The notes under the pieces were generated by a model, which made no database searches, was not told the DNA's origin, and was given only the letters and a program-made list of their open reading frames with translations. The position numbers and the translations under genes are program-made. DNA of 8,929 nucleotides, taken from positions 1 to 8,929 of the IMG/VR virus record IMGVR_UViG_2609459860_000002; one strand, written 5' to 3'. Below, piece after piece: positions 1-7,081 of the stretch. The DNA comes from a virus. Taxonomy: Duplodnaviria > Heunggongvirae > Uroviricota > Caudoviricetes. Positions within the stretch are counted from its first letter, which is position 1, and every line of letters starts with the position of its first letter.

Positions 1-153
1 CTGGATGACATCCGGGCGGGACGCATTGAGCGCGCCATTTCACGCTGTCGCAATATCTGGGCGTCCCTGCCGGGTGCCGGTTACGGTCAGCGTGAGCATT
101 CACTGGAAAAACTGGTCACCGTCTGGCGTACCGCTGGCGGCGTACCGGCTTAA
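1..153 (+). CDS. K: Endolysin (P2 gpK-like), 3' end only; 5' end lies outside the window
   Basis: Frame-1 reading frame open from the window edge to TAA at 151-153 (ends ...EHSLEKLVTVWRTAGGVPA). It sits immediately upstream of lysA/lysB/lysC, as K does in the P2 lysis cassette. The assignment rests on position and on my memory of P2 K, not on a search. The ORF-track entry 5..334 is a different frame and is not this gene. Confidence 0.55.
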   Translation: MDDIRAGRIERAISRCRNIWASLPGAGYGQREHSLEKLVTVWRTAGGVPA

Positions 154-167
154 ACGGAGTAAACACC

Positions 168-593
168 ATGAAGAAATTATCCCTTTCACTGATGCTGAAC
201 GTGTCGCTGGCGCTGATGCTGGCACTGTCCCTGATTTACCCGCAGAGCGTGGCCGTCAATTTTGTCGCTGCCTGGGCGATTCTGGCGACGGTTATCTGTG
301 TGGTTGCCGGTGGTGTCGGCGTGTATGCCACTGAGTATGTGCTGGAACGCTACGGGCGGGAGCTGCCGCCGGAATCGCTGGCCGTGAAGATTGTCACGGC
401 GCTGTTTTTGCAGCCGGTGCCGTGGCGCAGGCGGTCAGTGGCTCTGGTAGTGATGGTGGCGACGTTTATCTCGCTGGTCGCTGCCGGGTGGATTTTTACT
501 GCGCTGATTTATCTTGTGGCGTCGCTGTTTTTCCGGCTGATACGTACGGCCTGCCGTCAGCGTTTTGAGGGGCGGGAACCATGTCAAAGCTGA
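168..593 (+). CDS. lysA: LysA-like lysis accessory membrane protein (P2 LysA family)
   Basis: 141-aa ORF with a GGAG Shine-Dalgarno upstream (about 158-161). The protein is dominated by long hydrophobic stretches consistent with several transmembrane helices. Position between K and lysB matches P2. Confidence 0.8.
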   Translation: MKKLSLSLMLNVSLALMLALSLIYPQSVAVNFVAAWAILATVICVVAGGVGVYATEYVLERYGRELPPESLAVKIVTALFLQPVPWRRRSVALVVMVATFISLVAAGWIFTALIYLVASLFFRLIRTACRQRFEGREPCQS

Positions 594-1006
594 TGACTGT
601 GCTGGTTGTGTTGTTATCACTGGCGGTGGCCGGTCTGTTTCTGGTGAAACATAAAAATGCCAGCCTGCGCGCCTCGCTGGACAGGGCGAACAACGTCGCC
701 AGTGAACAGCAGACGACCATCACCATGCTGAAAAATCAGCTTCATGTTGCGCTCACCAGGGCAGACAAAAACGAGCTGGCGCAGGTGGCACTGCGTCAGG
801 AGCTGGAGAACGCCGCGAAGCGTGAAGCACAGCGCGAGAAAACCATCACGAGGTTACTGAATGAAAACGAAGATTTCCGCCGCTGGTACGGTGCTGACCT
901 GCCTGATGCTGTGCGCCGGTTGCACCAGCGCCCGGCCTGCGCAGACGCCAGTGATTGTCCACAACGCCTGCCCGAAAGTGAGTCTTTGCCCGATGCCGGG
1001 CAGTGA
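581..1006 (+). CDS. lysB: LysB, Rz-like inner-membrane spanin (i-spanin)
   Basis: 141-aa ORF overlapping the lysA 3' end by 13 nt. It has an N-terminal hydrophobic anchor (MSKLMTVLVVLLSLAVAGLFLV) followed by a charged, coiled-coil-like periplasmic region, which is typical Rz architecture. It contains lysC in another frame. Confidence 0.8.
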   Translation: MSKLMTVLVVLLSLAVAGLFLVKHKNASLRASLDRANNVASEQQTTITMLKNQLHVALTRADKNELAQVALRQELENAAKREAQREKTITRLLNENEDFRRWYGADLPDAVRRLHQRPACADASDCPQRLPESESLPDAGQ

Positions 1007-1151
1007 CCCGCAGACGAACGGCGATTTAAGTGCCGATATCCGGCAGCTTGAGAACGCGCTGGCACGCTGTGCCAGCCAGGTAAAAATGATTAAACACTGT
1101 CAGGACGAAAACGATGCTCAAACCCGACAGCCTGCGCAGGGCGCTGACTGA
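861..1151 (+). CDS. lysC: LysC, Rz1-like outer-membrane lipoprotein spanin (o-spanin)
   Basis: 96-aa ORF that starts inside lysB in a different frame and runs past the lysB stop into R. A GAGG Shine-Dalgarno sits about 6 nt upstream. The N-terminus is a signal-peptide-like segment ending in a lipobox-like LCAGC, followed by a proline-rich mature region (PAQTPVIV...CPMPGSDP), the hallmark of Rz1-type proteins. Confidence 0.75.
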   Translation: MKTKISAAGTVLTCLMLCAGCTSARPAQTPVIVHNACPKVSLCPMPGSDPQTNGDLSADIRQLENALARCASQVKMIKHCQDENDAQTRQPAQGAD

Positions 1152-1581
1152 TGCCGTCACGGTGCTGAAAACTAACCCCGATATGCTGCGGATATTCGTG
1201 GATAACGGGAGTATTGCCTCCACACTGGCGACGTCGCTGTCATTCGAAAAGCGTTACACGCTCAATGTCATTGTGACCGACTTTACCGGTGATTTTGACC
1301 TGCTCATTGTGCCGGTGCTGGCGTGGCTGCGGGAAAATCAGCCCGACATCATGACCACCGACGCAGGCCAGAAAAAGGGCTTCACATTTTATGCAGACAT
1401 CAACAATGACAGCAGCTTTGATATCAGTATCAGCCTGATGCTGACCGAGCGCACGCTGGTCAGTGAGGTGGACGGCGCGCTGCATGTGAAGAATATCCCG
1501 GAACCCCCGCCGCCGGAGCCGGTCAACCGCCCGATGGAGCTTTATATCAATGGCGAACTGGTGAGCAAGTGGGATGAATGA
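1114..1581 (+). CDS. R: Tail completion protein R (P2 gpR family)
   Basis: 155-aa ORF, the size I recall for P2 gpR, in the expected position after the lysis genes. Its stop overlaps the S start (ATGAATGA). Confidence 0.8.
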   Translation: MLKPDSLRRALTDAVTVLKTNPDMLRIFVDNGSIASTLATSLSFEKRYTLNVIVTDFTGDFDLLIVPVLAWLRENQPDIMTTDAGQKKGFTFYADINNDSSFDISISLMLTERTLVSEVDGALHVKNIPEPPPPEPVNRPMELYINGELVSKWDE

Positions 1582-2032
1582 GTTTAAGCGTTTTGAAGAC
1601 CGGCTGACCGGACTGATTGAGTCGCTGTCACCGTCAGGGCGTCGGCGACTGGCGGTAGATATTGCGAAGAAGCTGCGCCAGCGCCAGCAGCAGCGAATTA
1701 AATTACAAAAAGCCCCGGATGGTACGCCGTATGTACCGAGAAAAAACCAACCAGTACGAAATAAGAAAGGCCGGATAAAGCGGGAAATGTTTGTGAAATT
1801 ACGCACTAACCGGTTTATGAAAGCAACAGGTAGCGAGAGTGCGGCGGTGGTGGCGTTTGCCAGCGGAGTACAACGAATTGCGCGAGTACATCAATTAGGG
1901 CTTAGGGATAAGCCGGGGCGTAATAGTGCTGTGGTGGAATATCCTGTTCGTGAGTTATTTGGTTTTGACAAGGAATCTATACAATTGATAGAAAGGGAGT
2001 TATTAGTGATTCTATCGAAAGATGTTATATGA
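1574..2032 (+). CDS. S: Tail completion protein S (P2 gpS family)
   Basis: 152-aa ORF whose N-terminus (MNEFKRFEDRLTGLIESLSPSGRRRL...) matches my memory of P2 gpS. The last 40 or so codons (from about 1900) lie in AT-rich DNA continuous with the downstream insertion. Its TGA (2030-2032) overlaps the ATG of the next gene (ATGA). Confidence 0.8.
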   Translation: MNEFKRFEDRLTGLIESLSPSGRRRLAVDIAKKLRQRQQQRIKLQKAPDGTPYVPRKNQPVRNKKGRIKREMFVKLRTNRFMKATGSESAAVVAFASGVQRIARVHQLGLRDKPGRNSAVVEYPVRELFGFDKESIQLIERELLVILSKDVI

Positions 2033-2784
2033 GACGGGTGTTTGTGGATAAAAAGTTTTCCATTTTGAGAAAAAGAGTAAAGCATTCTCAAAAGAAAGTT
2101 ATGGATTGTATTATTGCTGACCATAATGCTGATATATGTGTGTTATGCGGGAGTTCTGACGATATTACTCGTGAGCACATTATTCCTCAGTGGGCCTTTG
2201 AGTCAAATGCTGAAAAATCTTTAATTAATAAAAAGAATAATCAGTCAACTCATTACATTAAAGCTACTGTACCAGCATGCAGAGTGTGCAATTCTGATTT
2301 GCTGGGAGCGTTTGAGTATAACCTGAAGAAATTTCTTACGGAAAAGAGGGGCGATGAGTTAACAGATTATGAATATGACTGCATCATATGGTGGTTGCAA
2401 TACATGGGCTTTAAGTTGCAATTAATGGATTTACGGACCCGCTTTCTCAGGTATAAAGGGGGGGATTATATCCCTTTCCTTGCAAACTTCCCGGTTGCAA
2501 TGTTTTGGGGGAATGTCGATACGACACCGGAGGATGTCTTCAGGATTATAAGAAAATCGCGACGCAATCTGATGTCGAAATGGAAGGATAAAAAACATAA
2601 TTCTTTGATGGTTTTTGAAACATCAAACAAGAGTTTTCATTTCTTTCATAAGGTTGATGAATTTATTTTTATTGAAATGCCTCAGGTTAAGAAGGCGTTT
2701 TTCTTCTTTTTTAATAAAGAATTTGACAGCCATGATTTAGCTCATGAGGAGTGTATGAAGATTATAGAGAAGTGCTACAACTAA
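2029..2784 (+). CDS. Low-GC cargo ('moron') protein with an N-terminal HNH (beta-beta-alpha-Me) nuclease-like domain and an uncharacterised C-terminal region; function unknown
   Basis: 251-aa ORF, the only long ORF on either strand of the AT-rich island. HNH signature by direct reading: C37-x2-C40-G ... E49-H50-I-I-P ... C84-x2-C87-N (CVLCGSSDDITREHIIPQW...PACRVCNSD), i.e. two CxxC zinc knuckles flanking an E-H-I-I-P catalytic-histidine motif. Hand-counted GC is about 27-38% in 60-nt samples against about 58% in V. The start at 2029 is chosen for the ATGA overlap with S; an internal ATG at 2101 (M25) is an alternative start. Confidence 0.75.
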   Translation: MRRVFVDKKFSILRKRVKHSQKKVMDCIIADHNADICVLCGSSDDITREHIIPQWAFESNAEKSLINKKNNQSTHYIKATVPACRVCNSDLLGAFEYNLKKFLTEKRGDELTDYEYDCIIWWLQYMGFKLQLMDLRTRFLRYKGGDYIPFLANFPVAMFWGNVDTTPEDVFRIIRKSRRNLMSKWKDKKHNSLMVFETSNKSFHFFHKVDEFIFIEMPQVKKAFFFFFNKEFDSHDLAHEECMKIIEKCYN

Positions 2785-2861
2785 TATTTATTATGTTGTA
2801 TCACAGCTGACAGAATCCTCCATGATTGCTGCTGGTATCATCCAGCGGCATCCTTCCCGTT
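2785..2861 (+). promoter_or_regulatory. Candidate late promoter for the V-W-J-I-H transcription unit (P2 P_V-like, Ogr/Delta-activated class)
   Basis: A 77-bp intergenic gap directly upstream of V. It contains an imperfect dyad TGT(2794-2796)-N13-ACA(2810-2812), resembling the TGT-N12-ACA activator element of P2-type late promoters, and a TATCAT -10-like hexamer at 2836-2841. The spacing is one base off consensus and no transcript data exist, so this is weak. Confidence 0.25.
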
Positions 2862-3497
2862 ATGAACACTCTCGCAAATATTCAGGAACTCGCGCGCGCA
2901 CTGCGCAACATGATTCGTACCGGCCTTGTCGTCGAAACCGACCTTAACGCCAGTCGCTGCCGTGTGCAGACCGGCGGCATGTGCACCGACTGGCTTCAGT
3001 GGCTGACCCATCGCGCCGGGCGTTCGCGCACATGGTGGGCACCTTCCGTGGGGGAACAGGTGCTGATTCTGTCCGTGGGCGGCGAACTCGACACGGCGTT
3101 TGTTCTGCCGGGGATTTATTCCGGCGATAACCCTGCGCCGTCTGCGTCGGCTGATGCCCTGCATATCCGTTTCCCTGACGGGGCGGTGATTGAGTATGAA
3201 CCCGAAACCAGTGCACTCACGGTAAGCGGAATTAAAACGGCCAGCGTGACGGCTTCTGATTCTGTTACTGCCACGGTGCCGGTGGTCATGGTGAAAGCAT
3301 CAACCCGCGTCACTCTGGACACGCCGGAGGTGGTCTGCACAAACAAGCTGATCACCGGCACGCTGGAAGTGCAGAAGGGCGGGACGATGCGCGGCAACAT
3401 TGAACACACCGGCGGTGAACTCTCATCAAACGGGAAGGTACTGCATACCCATAAACACCCCGGCGACAGCGGCGGCACAACCGGGAGTCCTCTATGA
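2862..3497 (+). CDS. V: Baseplate central spike protein V (P2 gpV family)
   Basis: 211 aa from ATG 2862 (MNTLANIQELARALRNMIRTG...HTHKHPGDSGGTTGSPL), matching my memory of P2 gpV in sequence and length. The ORF-track start at 2826 is a TTG in the same frame and is probably not the true start. The stop overlaps the W start (ATGA). Confidence 0.9.
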   Translation: MNTLANIQELARALRNMIRTGLVVETDLNASRCRVQTGGMCTDWLQWLTHRAGRSRTWWAPSVGEQVLILSVGGELDTAFVLPGIYSGDNPAPSASADALHIRFPDGAVIEYEPETSALTVSGIKTASVTASDSVTATVPVVMVKASTRVTLDTPEVVCTNKLITGTLEVQKGGTMRGNIEHTGGELSSNGKVLHTHKHPGDSGGTTGSPL

Positions 3498-3841
3498 CAG
3501 CGCGTTATCTCGGAATGAATCGCAGTGATGGCCTGACTGTCTCTGACCTTGAGCATATCAGCCAGGGTATCGGCGATATCCTGCGCACGCCGGTCGGCTC
3601 ACGGGTGATGCGTCGTGATTACGGCTCGTTGCTGGCGTCAATGATTGACCAGCCGCAGACCCCGGCGCTTGAGTTGCAGATTAAGGTCGCCTGTTACATG
3701 GCCGTGCTGAAATGGGAACCCCGCGTCACCCTGTCATCCGTCACCACGGCGCGCAGTTTTGACGGGCGAATGACGGTCACGTTAACCGGTCAGCACAACG
3801 ACACCGGCCAGCCACTTTCGTTAACCATCCATGTGAGTTGA
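3494..3841 (+). CDS. W: Baseplate wedge protein W (P2 gpW, T4 gp25-like)
   Basis: 115-aa ORF in the conserved position after V, translationally coupled to it (ATGA overlap). The size matches P2 gpW. Confidence 0.88.
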   Translation: MTARYLGMNRSDGLTVSDLEHISQGIGDILRTPVGSRVMRRDYGSLLASMIDQPQTPALELQIKVACYMAVLKWEPRVTLSSVTTARSFDGRMTVTLTGQHNDTGQPLSLTIHVS

Positions 3842-3845
3842 AACC

Positions 3846-4754
3846 ATGCCGATTATCGACCTGAACCAGCTACCCGCACCGGATGTGGTCGAGGAGCTGG
3901 ACTTTGAAACCATTCTTGCCGAACGCAAGGCGACACTGATTTCCCTTTACCCGGAAGACCAGCAGGAGGCGGTCGCCCGTACCCTGACGCTGGAATCTGA
4001 GCCTCTCGTCAAACTGCTGGAGGAAAATGCTTATCGTGAGCTTATCTGGCGTCAGCGTGTGAATGAGGCCGCACGGGCGGTGATGCTGGCTTGTGCCGCC
4101 GGTAATGACCTTGATGTGATTGGTGCCAATTACAACACCACGCGCCTGATTATCACCCCGGCAGATGATTCGACTATCCCGCCGACACCGGCAGTGATGG
4201 AGTCTGACACCGATTATCGTCTGCGTATTCAGCAGGCGTTTGAGGGCTTAAGCGTCGCCGGGTCGGTGGGAGCCTATCAGTATCATGGTCGCAGTGCCGA
4301 CGGGCGCGTCGCAGATATCTCTGTCACCAGTCCGTCTCCGGCCTGCGTCACCATCTCTGTGCTGTCACGTGAAAATAACGGCGTCGCATCCGAAGACCTG
4401 CTGGCCGTGGTGCGTAACGCCCTTAATGGCGAGGACGTCAGGCCGGTGGCCGACCGCGTGACCGTGCAGTCTGCCGCCATTGTTGAATATCAGATAAACG
4501 CCACGCTTTACCTTTACCCAGGTCCCGAAAGCGAACCCATCCGCGCTGCTGCCGTGAAAAAACTGGAAGCGTACATCACGGCACAGCACCGGCTTGGGCG
4601 CGACATCCGTCTGTCTGCCATTTATGCCGCTTTGCATGTGGAAGGCGTGCAGCGTGTCGAACTGACTGCACCTCTGGCTGACATCGTGCTCAACAGTACG
4701 CAGGCGTCTTTCTGTACTGAATACCGCGTCGTGACTGGAGGCTCGGATGAGTGA
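3846..4754 (+). CDS. J: Baseplate protein J (P2 gpJ, T4 gp6-like)
   Basis: 302-aa ORF in the conserved position after W. The size matches P2 gpJ. Its 3' end overlaps the I start by 8 nt. Confidence 0.88.
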   Translation: MPIIDLNQLPAPDVVEELDFETILAERKATLISLYPEDQQEAVARTLTLESEPLVKLLEENAYRELIWRQRVNEAARAVMLACAAGNDLDVIGANYNTTRLIITPADDSTIPPTPAVMESDTDYRLRIQQAFEGLSVAGSVGAYQYHGRSADGRVADISVTSPSPACVTISVLSRENNGVASEDLLAVVRNALNGEDVRPVADRVTVQSAAIVEYQINATLYLYPGPESEPIRAAAVKKLEAYITAQHRLGRDIRLSAIYAALHVEGVQRVELTAPLADIVLNSTQASFCTEYRVVTGGSDE

Positions 4755-5358
4755 TTCGCGCCTGCTGCCGACCGGCTCATCACCGCTTGAAGTCGCCGCC
4801 GCAAAAGCCTGTGCGGAAATTGAAAAAACGCCGGTCAGTATTCGTGAGCTGTGGAACCCGGATACCTGTCCGGCAAATCTGCTGCCGTGGCTGGCGTGGT
4901 CATTTTCGGTTGACCGCTGGGATGATAAGTGGCCGGAAGCGACAAAACGCGCTGTTATCCGCGATGCGTATTTCATTCACTGCCATAAGGGCACTATTGG
5001 TGCGATTCGCCGTGTGGTGGAGCCGCTCGGATATCTGATTGAGGTGAGGGAGTGGTGGCAGCTCAACGAGGAGCCGGGGACGTTCCGCATCGTTGTTGGC
5101 GTGCTTGAGCAGGGTATTACCGAGGAAATGTATCAGGAGCTGGAGCGCCTCGTTGCTGATGCAAAACCGGCGAGCCGCCATCTGACGGGACTGGCTATCA
5201 GTTTAAGTACAACCGGCAACATTTTTGCCGGTGCGGGATGCTATCACGGTGACGCCCTGACGGTTTATCCCTACACCCCGGAGGCCATTATTGTCGGAGG
5301 GGATTATTTCCCGGCCTCGGCCATTCATTTAATTGATAACCTGAGAGTAAACGCATGA
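4747..5358 (+). CDS. I: Baseplate protein I (P2 gpI family)
   Basis: 203-aa ORF between J and H in conserved synteny, with an ATGA overlap onto the H start. It is somewhat longer than the P2 gpI length I remember (about 176 aa), so the start codon choice is uncertain. Confidence 0.8.
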   Translation: MSDSRLLPTGSSPLEVAAAKACAEIEKTPVSIRELWNPDTCPANLLPWLAWSFSVDRWDDKWPEATKRAVIRDAYFIHCHKGTIGAIRRVVEPLGYLIEVREWWQLNEEPGTFRIVVGVLEQGITEEMYQELERLVADAKPASRHLTGLAISLSTTGNIFAGAGCYHGDALTVYPYTPEAIIVGGDYFPASAIHLIDNLRVNA

Positions 5359-6635
5359 CAGTGAAATACTACGCCATTCTGACTAATCAGGGCGCAGCAC
5401 GGCTGGCTAACGCGACGATGCTCGGCAGTAAGCTGAATCTGACGCAAATGGCCGTTGGTGATGCGAATGGTATCTTGCCGACACCAGACCCGGCACAGAC
5501 AAAACTGATTAATCAGAAACGCATTGCACCGCTGAATCTTCTGAGTGTTGACCCGAACAACCAGAGCCAGATTATTGCGGAGCAAATCATCCCTGAGAAC
5601 GAGGGCGGATTCTGGATCCGTGAGATTGGGCTTTATGATGATGAAGGCGTACTCATTGCGGTGGCGAACTGCCCGGAAACGTACAAACCGCAGTTGCAGG
5701 AAGGCAGTGGTCGTACCCAGACTATCCGCATGATTCTGGTTGTCACGAATACCGAAGCTATCACGCTGAAAATCGACCCGTCGGTGGTACTGGCGACCCG
5801 TAAATACGTGGATGATGAAGTCCTGGAATTAAGGCTGTATGTGGATGACCAAATGAGAAACCATATTGCCGCACAGGATCCTCATACCCAGTATGCACAG
5901 AAACATAATCCGACATTTACCGGAGAACCAAAAGCGCCGACGCCTGCTGCAGGAAATAACACCACGCGGATTGCGACCACTGCGTTTGTTCAGGCGGCTA
6001 TTACCGCTCTGATTAACGGTGCGCCTGCCACGCTGGATACACTGAAAGAAATTGCCGCAGCCATTAACAATGACCCGAAATTCAGCACCACCATTAACAA
6101 TGCGCTGGCAGGTAAACAACCGCTGGACAATACGCTGACTCATTTGAGTGGAAAGGATGTTGCCGGTCTTCTCGCATACCTTGGTTTGGGAGAAGCGGCA
6201 AAACGAAATGTGGGCAACGGGGAAAACCAAATCCCTGATATGTCTTTCTGGACGGTTACTGGTGGCAATGGAAATTTTGTGATTCGTCAACCTGACGGGC
6301 TAATCATTCAGATGGTTACTGTAAGTATAAGCGGTCCAGTGGCGATGAATGGAATGACTGATAATGCTTATGCCATTACAGGTTCTAATAAGTCTTATAT
6401 TGCCACAGCCACATTGCCCTTTGTATTTCCTAATAAGGTGCTGGGCGTTATCCCTCTGGTATCAACAACAGCTTATGGTGGTGTATCCAGTAATATTACA
6501 GGTTCATACGCGACGGCGGTTTGTTCTTTTGCCGCTGTCAGGGGGAATAATACGATTGTGTTCAAAGTCGACAAACCACTGAATGCAGCCTTTCCTTCAG
6601 ATACCAGCGTCTCAGCGTTAATCATTGGACGGTAA
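5355..6635 (+). CDS. H: Tail fiber protein H: conserved N-terminal baseplate-attachment region fused to a variable C-terminal tip in the currently expressed orientation
   Basis: 426-aa ORF whose N-terminus (MTVKYYAILTNQGAARLANA...) is the conserved P2 gpH start. GC drops to about 42% after roughly nt 6200. The 26-bp crossover site at 6169-6194 lies in frame within codons for LLAYLGLGE, so residues after about 280 are encoded inside the invertible segment. Confidence 0.9.
   Translation: MTVKYYAILTNQGAARLANATMLGSKLNLTQMAVGDANGILPTPDPAQTKLINQKRIAPLNLLSVDPNNQSQIIAEQIIPENEGGFWIREIGLYDDEGVLIAVANCPETYKPQLQEGSGRTQTIRMILVVTNTEAITLKIDPSVVLATRKYVDDEVLELRLYVDDQMRNHIAAQDPHTQYAQKHNPTFTGEPKAPTPAAGNNTTRIATTAFVQAAITALINGAPATLDTLKEIAAAINNDPKFSTTINNALAGKQPLDNTLTHLSGKDVAGLLAYLGLGEAAKRNVGNGENQIPDMSFWTVTGGNGNFVIRQPDGLIIQMVTVSISGPVAMNGMTDNAYAITGSNKSYIATATLPFVFPNKVLGVIPLVSTTAYGGVSSNITGSYATAVCSFAAVRGNNTIVFKVDKPLNAAFPSDTSVSALIIGR
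6169..6194. repeat. Left crossover site of the invertible tail-fiber segment (gix/cix/pix-like, 26 bp), inside H
   Basis: TTCTCGCATACCTTGGTTTGGGAGAA. Its partner at 8153-8178, read as reverse complement (TTTTCATAAACGTTGGTTTGGGAGAA), matches at 21 of 26 positions including the last 14 consecutive bases. The two sites are therefore in inverted orientation, as inversion requires. Confidence 0.75.
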
Positions 6636-6637
6636 GA

Positions 6638-7081
6638 ATGAACTCAGTATTCTTTTCACCCGGAAGTAAAAGTTTTTATCTGCAAGAATTGTTTCCAGAA
6701 TATGAGGATGCGGGAACGCTTCCTGATGATGTTATTGAAATTACCAGAGAAACATATGAGCAATTTCTTGGGCTGCATCCAGAAGGGAAAGAAATTGGCG
6801 CTGACAGTTCAGGACGACCAGTATGGATTAATTCCCCACCGCCTTCAAAAGAGGATGAGGTGCTGGCGGCTGAAATGAAAAAAATATCTTTGGTTTCAGA
6901 AGTCAATACCTACATCAATACCCATCAGTGGCCTGGCAAAGCTGCTATTGGTCGTCTGAAAGGTGACGAGCTGGAACAATATAATTTATGGCTGGATTAT
7001 CTGGACGCACTGGAACTGGTTGATATCTCCAGCGCTCCAGATATTGAATGGCCTACGCCTCCGGCAGTTCAGGCCAGATGA
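6638..7081 (+). CDS. G: Tail fiber assembly protein (Tfa, P2 gpG-like), partner of the currently expressed fiber tip
   Basis: 147-aa ORF directly after H. Its C-terminus (...LVDISSAPDIEWPTPP...) is the conserved Tfa C-terminal motif, also present in the opposing tfa' (...TDTSTAPDVIWPELPEA). Confidence 0.8.
   Translation: MNSVFFSPGSKSFYLQELFPEYEDAGTLPDDVIEITRETYEQFLGLHPEGKEIGADSSGRPVWINSPPPSKEDEVLAAEMKKISLVSEVNTYINTHQWPGKAAIGRLKGDELEQYNLWLDYLDALELVDISSAPDIEWPTPPAVQAR

Noticed and set aside
5-334. 109-aa ORF in the ORF track spanning the K/lysA junction
   Set aside because: It is in a different frame from both the K 3' end (frame 1, stop at 151-153) and lysA (168..593) and has no ribosome-binding site. 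It is a chance open frame in GC-rich coding DNA.
1240-1806. 188-aa ORF on the - strand antisense to R and S
   Set aside because: It is fully contained in well-supported + strand genes in conserved P2 synteny. Long antisense ORFs are common in GC-rich coding DNA, and it has no start context or recognisable motif.
2829-2850. Short imperfect inverted repeat (GCTGCTGG ... CCAGCGGC) after the cargo gene, considered as a terminator
   Set aside because: The stem is imperfect (7 of 8), there is no following U-run, and it overlaps the V start region, so it is not a convincing intrinsic terminator.
2826-2861. Upstream extension of V from a TTG start, as given in the ORF track
   Set aside because: The conserved gpV N-terminus begins at ATG 2862 (MNTLANIQELARA...). 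The extra 12 codons are not part of the P2 gpV sequence I remember, and TTG is a rare start.
4365-4976. 203-aa ORF on the - strand antisense to J and I
   Set aside because: Same reasoning: it is embedded antisense within conserved baseplate genes, which are translationally coupled on the + strand.
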